In this document: in pieces, positions 1 through 8,965 of the stretch | Numbering within the stretch: position 1 is the first letter of the stretch | Layout: the number at the start of each line of letters is the position of its first letter | Source of the DNA: Myxococcota bacterium | Lineage (GTDB): Bacteria; Myxococcota_A; Polyangia; Nannocystales; Nannocystaceae | Assembly: GCA_039028615.1 (NCBI GenBank) | Contig: JBCCHT010000087.1 | Coordinates: forward strand, 1-12,622 | DNA: 12,622 nt | Direction: 5' to 3' | The notes under the pieces: model-generated | Database searches by the model: none | Told to the model about the DNA's origin: nothing | Seen by the model: only the letters and a program-made list of their open reading frames with translations | Position numbers and translations under genes: made by a program

Positions 1-638
1 AGCCCGAGGTCAGCCACAACGCCAACCTGGAGCTGACGGCCAATGCCGAGCAGACCCGGGCGGGGGGGTGGCGAGGCAGCGTCAACGGCTTTGTGCGCGA
101 CACCGACCAGCTCATCGTGCTGCTCGGCACGGACCGCTTCTTCTCCTACGAGAACGTCTTCGGCGCTCGATCGGCGGGCGTGGAGGGAGCGCTGGGCTGG
201 ACGTCACCCGGCGAGTACTTCTCGATCGACGGGAACGTGACCTACCTCGACTTTCGGAACAGCTCGAGCGAAGGCACCTTCGGCGACTTCGAAGGCGACA
301 GGATTCCCAACCGCCCCTATCTGTTCGCCAACGGTCGCGCTCGGGCCCAGCTACGCGCAGTCGCGGCGGACCGCGACGAGCTGTCGCTGGAGTGGAACAC
401 CCGCTACGTCCACGGGTTCTTTCGTGGCTGGGAGAGCGTGGGGCTGACCGAGTTCAAGCAGACCATCCCCGCCCAGTTGCTGCACTCGCTGGCGCTGACC
501 TATCTCGTGCGGGGGCCGGGGGTCGCCATGAGCTTCACCGGGGAGCTGCAGAACCTCACCGACGCCGCGGCCTTCGACTTCTTCGGCGTGCAGCGGCCCG
601 GGCGAGCGTTCTACTTCAAGACCGCCCTCGAGTTCTGA
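1..638 (+). CDS. TonB-dependent outer-membrane receptor, C-terminal beta-barrel part (5'-truncated by window edge); resembles myxobacterial MxcH-type siderophore receptors
   Basis: The frame of ORF 93..638 is open back to position 3 (PEVSHNANLEL...GWRGSVNGFVRDTDQLIVL). It shows the PE-S-N motif, amphipathic beta-strands (IDGNVTYLDFRN), 'RIPNRP', 'LQNLTD' and 'QRPGRAFYFKTALEF' with a terminal Phe, all typical of TonB-dependent receptors. The MxcH similarity is from recall, not a search. Confidence 0.88.
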   Translation, partial: PEVSHNANLELTANAEQTRAGGWRGSVNGFVRDTDQLIVLLGTDRFFSYENVFGARSAGVEGALGWTSPGEYFSIDGNVTYLDFRNSSSEGTFGDFEGDRIPNRPYLFANGRARAQLRAVAADRDELSLEWNTRYVHGFFRGWESVGLTEFKQTIPAQLLHSLALTYLVRGPGVAMSFTGELQNLTDAAAFDFFGVQRPGRAFYFKTALEF

Positions 639-648
639 TCCTGGACTT

Positions 649-2478
<1,830 letters not shown>

Positions 2479-2518
2479 CGCCGGGTCCTGTTGTAAGGCG
2501 CGCTAGAGCCGAGCGCAC

Positions 2519-2556
2519 CCCGCCCGAGCGGGGGATGGACCGGTCATCCGGGCGGG
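2519..2556. other. GC-rich compound stem-loop between the kinase stop and the ABC start (no U-tract)
   Basis: CCCGCCCG (2519-2526) pairs with CGGGCGGG (2549-2556), with an inner GATG (2534-2537) / CATC (2545-2548) pairing. Confidence 0.4.
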
Positions 2557-2583
2557 CCCCCGCGCCCCCTCGTTGGTCGGGGC

Positions 2584-4845
2584 TCAGGCACTCTTGGCGC
2601 TGGCCGCTCGCCGACTCACCAGCTTGCGCAGCTCGCGAATCGAGAAGGGCTTTTCGATGTACTCGTTGTCGACCGACTCGAGGAACTCGCGGGCCTTGGG
2701 CGTGAACGCGCCGCCGGTCATGAAGATGAAGCGCTCGCCGTAGCTGGGCCGGGCCTCGTTCATGTGGGCGAAGACGTCCATGCCGGAGACGTCGGGCATC
2801 ATCACGTCGCAGAGCACCAGGTCGAAGTCGTGGGCCTCGCAGGCGTCGATGGCCTCGCGACCGCTGCCCGCGACCTCCACTCGATGGCCGCGGAGCGCTC
2901 GCTTGATGCCCGCCCCGATGGAGGGCTCGTCGTCGACCACCAGGATCCGCATCGGCTCGACGTTGGCGACGTCGACCGGGCGCGAAGGGTCGCGGCGGCG
3001 CATCACGGGCACGTCGGCCGCGGGCAGGATGAGGGTGAAGGTGGAGCCCTCCCCGATTCGACTCACCACCTTGATCTCGCCCCCGATGCCCGTGACGATG
3101 CCGTGGCAGATCGACAGACCGAGACCAGTCCCCATGCCTTGCGGCTTGGTGGTGAAAAAGGGATCGAAGATGCGATCGACGATTTCCTCGGGGATGCCCG
3201 ACCCGGTGTCCGAGATTTCGACGAACACGTAGCCCCGCTCGCTGCGGGTCGACACACGAATGAACTGGTCGCCGTAGGCTTCTTCGGGGATGGAGTGCGC
3301 GGCGTTGACCAGCAGGTTGAGAAACACCTGGGTCAAGCGCCCGGGCGCCCCGAGCACGGCCTGGAGCTCGCCGTAGTCCTTCTCGAGCCGGGCGCGGTGC
3401 CGAATCTCGTTGTCGGCGATGTCGATGGCCGCGTCGATGACCTCGTGCAGGTCGATGGACTGCAGCACCTCGTCGTCGGCGCGGGCGAAGCTCTTGAGGT
3501 CGCTGACGATGCGCCGCACCCGGTTCGCGCCCTCGGCCGCCTCTTGCAGGGTGCGCTGCACGGTCTGGTCGAAGCCGCTGCTGGCGGGTAGCTCGAGCTG
3601 GCTGAGGTCCTCGCTGAGCAGCTCGAGGTTGGCGAGCACGTAGGCCAGCGGGTTGTTGATCTCGTGCGCCACCCCGGCGGCGAGGCTGCCCACGGAGGCG
3701 AGGCGGTCGGCCTTCTGCAGGCTGGCCTGCATGCGCTTGCGCTCGGTGAGGTCGCGGGCGAAGGCCACGAGGTACTCCTCGCCGTCGAAGCGCAGGACGT
3801 TGGTCGAGATTTCGACGGGGAAGAGCTTGCCGTCGCTGGCCTTGAAGTGGGACTCGACCTTGCGCGAGCCGGTGGTCTCGATCGTCGCCCAGCCGAGCCG
3901 AGCCGACTGCAACGACGGGTCGAGCTCCGTCACGTCCATGGTGAGCAGGCGCGCCCGCGGATAGCCCAGGGCGGCACACGCCGCGTGGTTGACGTAGCAG
4001 ACCCGACCCGCGCGGTTGACCCAGAAGGCCGGGTCGGCGGCGTGGTCGATGGCGAACTGGGTGAGCCGAAGCTCGCGCTCGGAGGCCTTGCGCTCGGTGA
4101 TGTCCTCGAACATCAAGAAGCTGGCCCGGGCCCCATCGAACATGGCGCGGGTCATGGGGATGACCCAGGCGGTCATGCGGCTGCCATCGCGGCGCAGGAA
4201 CTCGGACTCGATGGGCGGCGGGGGGACGTCGGTCCGCTCGAAGCGCTCCATTCGCTTGCGGGTGGCCTCGCGGTGGCGCCGGGGCACCACGTCGATGAGC
4301 GGCAGGCCGAGCAACGCGTTGCGCTCGTGGCCCAGGGCCCGGGAGGCGGCCGCGTTGACGTACACGATGCTGCCGTCGCAGTAGGCGATGATGCCCAGCG
4401 GCGCCCGCTCGATGACCCGGCGAAAGTCGACCTCGGACCGGGCCAGGGCCTCGCGCGCCTGACGGTGGCGGGCGTTGGTCTTGAGGTGGCGCTCGGCGAT
4501 CCGCACCCGCGTCATCAGCAGGTGGTCGTCGATCGGCTTGTTGAGGAAGTCGTCCGCCCCCGCGTCGAGCACGGTGGTCAGGTCGCGGGTGTTGCCGCGT
4601 CCGGTGACGACCAAAATGTAGGGGTGGTCACCACCGCGAATCGACCGGATCTTTTGGCACAGCTTGATGCCGTCCATGCCGGGCAAGATCATGTCGATGA
4701 CCAGCAGCTCGTAGGGCTGCCGCAGGTGCGCCACGAGGCCGGCGTTGGCGTCCGGCACGGCTGTAACGTCCAGACCCAAACGGCGCAGACTCGCTTCGAG
4801 CGCCGCGCGCTGGACCGAGTCGTCTTCCACCAAGAGCGTTCGCAT
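2584..4845 (-). CDS. Cytoplasmic hybrid sensor histidine kinase/response regulator: REC-PAS-PAS-HisKA-HATPase_c-REC
   Basis: N-terminal REC (MRTLLVEDD...LLVIDMILPGMDG...GADDFLNKP); two PAS domains (IVYVNAAASRALG; VCYVNHAACAALGY); H-box AHEINNPL; N-box QVFLNLLVNA; G1 DTGSGI; F-box FDPFFTTK; G2 GTGLGL; C-terminal REC (ILVVDDE...LCDVMMP...FMTGG...IEKPF). No TM helices. The ATG at 4845 is preferred to the TTG at 4869 because the REC domain begins there. Confidence 0.94.
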   Translation of the reverse strand: MRTLLVEDDSVQRAALEASLRRLGLDVTAVPDANAGLVAHLRQPYELLVIDMILPGMDGIKLCQKIRSIRGGDHPYILVVTGRGNTRDLTTVLDAGADDFLNKPIDDHLLMTRVRIAERHLKTNARHRQAREALARSEVDFRRVIERAPLGIIAYCDGSIVYVNAAASRALGHERNALLGLPLIDVVPRRHREATRKRMERFERTDVPPPPIESEFLRRDGSRMTAWVIPMTRAMFDGARASFLMFEDITERKASERELRLTQFAIDHAADPAFWVNRAGRVCYVNHAACAALGYPRARLLTMDVTELDPSLQSARLGWATIETTGSRKVESHFKASDGKLFPVEISTNVLRFDGEEYLVAFARDLTERKRMQASLQKADRLASVGSLAAGVAHEINNPLAYVLANLELLSEDLSQLELPASSGFDQTVQRTLQEAAEGANRVRRIVSDLKSFARADDEVLQSIDLHEVIDAAIDIADNEIRHRARLEKDYGELQAVLGAPGRLTQVFLNLLVNAAHSIPEEAYGDQFIRVSTRSERGYVFVEISDTGSGIPEEIVDRIFDPFFTTKPQGMGTGLGLSICHGIVTGIGGEIKVVSRIGEGSTFTLILPAADVPVMRRRDPSRPVDVANVEPMRILVVDDEPSIGAGIKRALRGHRVEVAGSGREAIDACEAHDFDLVLCDVMMPDVSGMDVFAHMNEARPSYGERFIFMTGGAFTPKAREFLESVDNEYIEKPFSIRELRKLVSRRAASAKSA

Positions 4846-4889
4846 CGAGGCGTCTACCCGCAGGCCCAAGGGCCTCTCATTCGCCGTAA

Positions 4890-4895
4890 ATACTA
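4890..4895 (-). promoter_or_regulatory. Candidate -10 element (TAGTAT) for the hybrid kinase gene
   Basis: TANNNT hexamer in an AT-rich patch (GGTAGTATTTAC on the minus strand) about 45 nt upstream of the ATG at 4845. No convincing -35 element. Confidence 0.35.
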
Positions 4896-5319
4896 CCTCA
4901 CCAGCAAAAATGCACGAGAGGAGAACCGGTCGTAAACGGGCCCAAGGGCCGCCGAGGGGCCGGACTGCTCGAACCGAGCACCGATTCCACCGCCCGTGCC
5001 ACGTCGGGATCGACGAGCATCGCGGTGGGCCGAACGGACCACATGTGGCCCGACGAGGGACGCCTCGGACCTCGGCTCGCTCGCGCGGTCCCGCGCGTCA
5101 GGTTTTCGTCACCCGCCAGCCGAGTCGACCTGCCGCCCGGTCTTCACGTGAGCGCACCAATCCCGAACCCGCCGAGGTCCCGACGTCAGAAAACCGACGC
5201 CCGACCCCGAGTGGATCTCGTCCGACGACGGACCGGAACCAACGGCACCGAGACCCCCGAGAGCGCGAGTGCGGCCCTTCGTCGGCCGTGCGCTGCAACA
5301 CGAACGAACCCGGTCGCCG

Positions 5320-6165
5320 CTAGTCGGAGGAGCCGACGGCCTCGTCCAGCTTCGGCGTAGCCGGAGCCTCGCCTTCGGCCGACTCGCCCCCGGACTCGTC
5401 GACCCCCAGGCTCTCCTTGAGCGCGGCCATGAGGTCGATGACCTGAGCCTTCGTGGAGGGGGCGGGCGCGGTGATGTCCTCGCCCTCGACCTTCTTGGCG
5501 ATGAGTACCTCGACTCGCTCGCGCACTTCGTCGGTGTAGCGCGCGGGCGAGAAGGTCTTGACCGCGCCCTGGATGACGAGCTGCTTGGCGAGCTCGAGCT
5601 CGGCGCCCTTGACCTCGCAGTCGTCGATGCCGACATCTTCGATCGGCCGAATCTCGGCCGGATAGTGCAGCTGCTGCATCACCAGGCCCTCTTTCACCGG
5701 GCGCAGGCTCACCAGGTACTGCTTGCCCCGCGCCGAGTGCCGGGCCACCGCGACCAAGCCCGTCTCCCGCAGGGCGGCCGCCAGCAGGTGATAGGCCCGG
5801 GCCGAGCCCTGGTCGGGGGCCAGGTAGTACGCCTTCGAATAGTAGATGGCGTCGATCTCTTTTTGCGGCACGAACTCGGTGATGTCGATGCCGCCGCTGG
5901 TGCGCTCGGCCACCGCCTTGAGCTCGTCCTCGTCGAAGGTGACGTACTGCCCCTTGGCGAACTCGTAGCCCTTGATGAGGTCGTCGCGGGTGACGATGAC
6001 CTCGCACTTGGGGCAGTGGTACTTGTACTTGACCCGGCTGCCGCACTCGCGATGCAGGTTATTGAACCGGATCGCGTCCGAGGGCGACGCAGAGGGAAAG
6101 AGCTTGACCGGGATGGAGACCAACCCGAAGGCGATCGTTCCCGAGGCGATGGCACGGGCCGGCAT
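5320..6165 (-). CDS. ku: Non-homologous end-joining protein Ku, 281 aa
   Basis: Starts MPARAIASGTIAFGLVSIPVKLF (canonical Ku N-terminus); contains 'LIKGYEFAKGQYV', 'IDITEFVP', 'YYLAP', 'YTDEVRERV' and the minimal C-terminal motif 'VIDLMAALKESL'. Lies next to ligD. The start is placed at ATG 6165, not 6297. Confidence 0.96.
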   Translation of the reverse strand: MPARAIASGTIAFGLVSIPVKLFPSASPSDAIRFNNLHRECGSRVKYKYHCPKCEVIVTRDDLIKGYEFAKGQYVTFDEDELKAVAERTSGGIDITEFVPQKEIDAIYYSKAYYLAPDQGSARAYHLLAAALRETGLVAVARHSARGKQYLVSLRPVKEGLVMQQLHYPAEIRPIEDVGIDDCEVKGAELELAKQLVIQGAVKTFSPARYTDEVRERVEVLIAKKVEGEDITAPAPSTKAQVIDLMAALKESLGVDESGGESAEGEAPATPKLDEAVGSSD

Positions 6166-6170
6166 TGCGA

Positions 6171-6183
6171 GGGATAGTATCCC
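6171..6183. promoter_or_regulatory. Palindrome GGGATA-G-TATCCC containing overlapping -10-like hexamers for ku (TACTAT, minus strand) and ligD (TAGTAT, plus strand)
   Basis: Perfect 6-bp inverted repeat with a 1-nt centre. TACTAT on the minus strand (6179-6174) lies 8 nt before the ku ATG, which has no SD sequence. TAGTAT is on the plus strand at 6175-6180. Confidence 0.5.
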
Positions 6184-6271
6184 CGCCCGGATCGAGCTTC
6201 GCCACTTGCCGACGAATTCGCGAACCCCGCCCCGGTGTTTCCCTTCCTCGCCCGGCCCCTCCTGACCCGCC

Positions 6272-8890
6272 ATGCCCAAGCAATCGCCGCTGGACACCTA
6301 TCGGGCCAAACGCTCGGGGGACCGCACGGGGGAACCCCTGGGGCGCGCGGTGCCCGGAGGCCCGCAGGCGAGCGCGGACGAAGCCAAGCTCTTCGTGGTG
6401 CAGATGCACGCGGCCCGCCGCTTGCACTGGGACCTGCGGCTCGAGATCGACGGGGTGCTGCGTTCGTGGGCGGTTCCCCGCGGGCCCTCCTTCGATCCCG
6501 CGGTCAAGCGCTTGGCAGTGCAGACCGAGGACCACCCCATCGAGTACGTCGACTTCGAGGGCATCATCCCCGAGGGCAACTACGGCGCCGGCGCCATGAT
6601 CGTGTGGGACCGGGGGGTGTGGCTGCCCAAGGAGCCCATCGCCGAGGGCTACAAAAAGGGCAAGCTGCTGTTCGAGCTGCGCGGGCTCAAGCTGCGCGGC
6701 GTGTGGACCCTGGTCCGCACCAAGGGCGCCCCGGGGGGCAAGGGCGACGGCAAGGAGTGGCTGCTCATCAAAAAGCCCGACGAGGCCGCCCACGCCGACC
6801 CGCCCGACGACTGCTCCATCCTCTCGGGGCTGACCATCGAAGAGCTGCGCAGCGGCAACGATCGGGCCCATCGCCTGCGCACGCGGCTGCTCGAGCTGTC
6901 CACCCCGCGCCGCCCGGTGGACGTCAAAGGGCTCGACCTGATGCTCACCGAGACCCGCAACGAGCCCTTCAGCGGCAAGGACTGGGTGTTCGAGCTCAAG
7001 TACGACGGCTACCGCTTGGTGGCGGCCCGCCCCGGGGGCGAGGCACTGCTGCGCTACCGCAGCGGGCTGACGGCGACCCATGCCTATCCCGAAATCGCCC
7101 GGGCCATGTCCGCGCTGCCCTTCGAGGGCGTGGTGCTCGACGGCGAAGTGGTCGTGCTCGACGACGACGCGCGGCCCAACTTCCAGCGCCTGCAAAAGCG
7201 CGCCCTGCTGCTGGGGCGCCACGACGTCGACCGAGCGACCCGCGAGCACCCGGTGAGCTTCTACGCCTTCGACCTGCTCGCCTTCGAAGACTTCGACCTG
7301 CGCACGCTGCCCCTGCTCGCCCGCAAGGCCCTGCTGCGCGAGATCATCCCCAAGACCGGGGTCATTCGCTTCGCCGACCACATCCCCGACAAGGGCGAGG
7401 CGCTCTTCGAGCAGGTGCGCGCGCTCGGCCTCGAGGGCATGGTCGGCAAGCGAGCGGACTCGGTGTACATCGGGCGGCGCTCGTCCAGCTGGGTTCGCAT
7501 TCGCATCGAGTCCACCGACGACTTCGTGATCATCGGGTTCACCGAGCCCGAGGGCACCCGCGTGGGGCTGGGCGCCCTGCACCTGGCGGCGTTCGATGGG
7601 GACGAGCTGGTCTACACCGGTCGGGTCGGCACCGGCCTCACCGATGCCCAGCTCACCGACTTGCGAGAGCGCCTCGAGCCGCTGCGCGTCGAGCAGCCCG
7701 CCTGCGAGGTCACCATCCCCAGCGGCCGCGTCGACCGCTGGGTGCGGCCGCAGCTGTGCTGCGAGGTTCGCTTTCGCATGCGCACCGAAGAGCGGCTGCT
7801 GCGGCTGCCCGTGTTCCTGCGGCTGCGCGAGGACAAGCCCATCCGCGATTGCCAGATCCCCCGCGAGCTGGTGGCGGGTGAGGACGAGCAGCCCCCCGAG
7901 CCCGTCGCCCCTGCGGCCTCCCCTGCGCCCAACGACGAGCCCGAGGCCCCCGAGACCGTCGACGAGCCCCCCGATGCGGTCGAGGTCCCGGCCCCTTCCC
8001 CTCGGGTCACCATCTCCAATCCCGACAAGCTCTTTTGGCCGGACGCGGGCTACACCAAGCTGCACCTCATCGAATACTACCGGGCCATCTCGCCGTGGCT
8101 GCTGCCCTACCTGCGCGATCGGCCGCTGGTGCTCACCCGCTACCCCGACGGGATCAACGGCAAGTGGTTCTTCCAGAAGAACGCGCCGCCCTTCGTCCCC
8201 GACTGGATCAAGACCCAGCTGATGTGGTCCGAGCACGAGTCGCGCGAGGTCGAGTACTTCGTGTGCAACGACGTCGACAGCCTGGCGTACATTGCCAACC
8301 TGGCCACGATTCCGCTGCACGTGTGGGGGAGCCGACTCACCGACCTGCCCCACCCCGACTGGTGCATCCTCGACCTCGACCCCAAGGGCGCGCCCTTCGA
8401 GCACGTGGTGCGCATCGCCCTGCGGCTGCACGCGCTGTGCGACGAGCTGGGCCTGCCCAACTACTGCAAGACCAGCGGCAGCACGGGGCTGCACGTGCTC
8501 GTGCCGCTCGGTCGCCAGTGCACCTTCGAGCAGTGCCGCATGCTCGCTCAGCTGCTGGGCAAGATCGTCGAAGGCGAGCTGTCGGACATCGCCACCGCCG
8601 AGCGCAGCAAACGAGCCCGGCAGGGCAAGGTCTATATCGACTACGTTCAGAACGGGCACGGCCGGCTGCTCGTCTCGCCGTTCTCGGTGCGGCCGCGGCC
8701 CGGTGCCCCCGTGTCGACGCCGCTTCTGTGGGACGAGGTCGTGCCCACCCTCGACCACCAGGCGCTCACCATCGCCAACGTGCCCCAGCGCATGCGCGAC
8801 CTGCCCCGCGATCCGCTCATCGGCGTGCTGCACGAAAAACCGGACCTGCCCGCCGCGCTGGCTCAGCTCGCCGCCCGCCTCGCCGACTGA
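6272..8890 (+). CDS. ligD: DNA ligase D, multifunctional NHEJ enzyme: 3'-phosphoesterase, ATP-dependent ligase and primase-polymerase, 872 aa
   Basis: PE domain: FVVQMHAARRLHWDLRLE, SWAVPRGPS, KRLAVQTEDHP, YGAG..IVWDRG. Ligase domain: ELKYDGYR, LDGEVV, FYAFDLL, LEGMVGK, RLREDK. POL domain: ISNPDKLFWP, RYPDG, FFQKN, DLDP, KTSGSTGLHV, YIDYVQN. Confidence 0.97.
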   Translation: MPKQSPLDTYRAKRSGDRTGEPLGRAVPGGPQASADEAKLFVVQMHAARRLHWDLRLEIDGVLRSWAVPRGPSFDPAVKRLAVQTEDHPIEYVDFEGIIPEGNYGAGAMIVWDRGVWLPKEPIAEGYKKGKLLFELRGLKLRGVWTLVRTKGAPGGKGDGKEWLLIKKPDEAAHADPPDDCSILSGLTIEELRSGNDRAHRLRTRLLELSTPRRPVDVKGLDLMLTETRNEPFSGKDWVFELKYDGYRLVAARPGGEALLRYRSGLTATHAYPEIARAMSALPFEGVVLDGEVVVLDDDARPNFQRLQKRALLLGRHDVDRATREHPVSFYAFDLLAFEDFDLRTLPLLARKALLREIIPKTGVIRFADHIPDKGEALFEQVRALGLEGMVGKRADSVYIGRRSSSWVRIRIESTDDFVIIGFTEPEGTRVGLGALHLAAFDGDELVYTGRVGTGLTDAQLTDLRERLEPLRVEQPACEVTIPSGRVDRWVRPQLCCEVRFRMRTEERLLRLPVFLRLREDKPIRDCQIPRELVAGEDEQPPEPVAPAASPAPNDEPEAPETVDEPPDAVEVPAPSPRVTISNPDKLFWPDAGYTKLHLIEYYRAISPWLLPYLRDRPLVLTRYPDGINGKWFFQKNAPPFVPDWIKTQLMWSEHESREVEYFVCNDVDSLAYIANLATIPLHVWGSRLTDLPHPDWCILDLDPKGAPFEHVVRIALRLHALCDELGLPNYCKTSGSTGLHVLVPLGRQCTFEQCRMLAQLLGKIVEGELSDIATAERSKRARQGKVYIDYVQNGHGRLLVSPFSVRPRPGAPVSTPLLWDEVVPTLDHQALTIANVPQRMRDLPRDPLIGVLHEKPDLPAALAQLAARLAD

Positions 8891-8952
8891 GCGAGCCGAC
8901 CGCACGCCGTCGGGCGGGGTAAGCACCCCTCCCCCGGTCGACGCGGCCGCGG

Positions 8953-8958
8953 TAGCCT
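8953..8958 (+). promoter_or_regulatory. Candidate -10 (TAGCCT) for a leaderless hydrolase transcript
   Basis: TANNNT hexamer 7 nt upstream of ATG 8966, with no SD-like sequence in between. Confidence 0.4.
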
Positions 8959-8965
8959 CCCGCGC

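Noticed and set aside
4854..4880. 8-codon uORF (MRGPWACG) just upstream of the kinase on the minus strand
   Set aside because: Too short to distinguish from chance, and no attenuator-like features.
4986..5001. Sigma54-like TGGCACG on the minus strand (also one on the plus strand near 6150)
   Set aside because: The -12 GC is missing (GTGG) in the first and mis-spaced by one base in the second.
4745..5360. Small ORFs in the kinase-ku intergenic region (4745..5323 +, 5025..5360 +, 5098..5301 -)
   Set aside because: No SD, weak codon bias, Arg/Pro-rich composition, and two of them overlap neighbouring genes.
6166..6297. 44-aa N-terminal extension of Ku in the ORF track
   Set aside because: It would overlap the ligD start head-to-head, and Ku homology begins at Met 6165.
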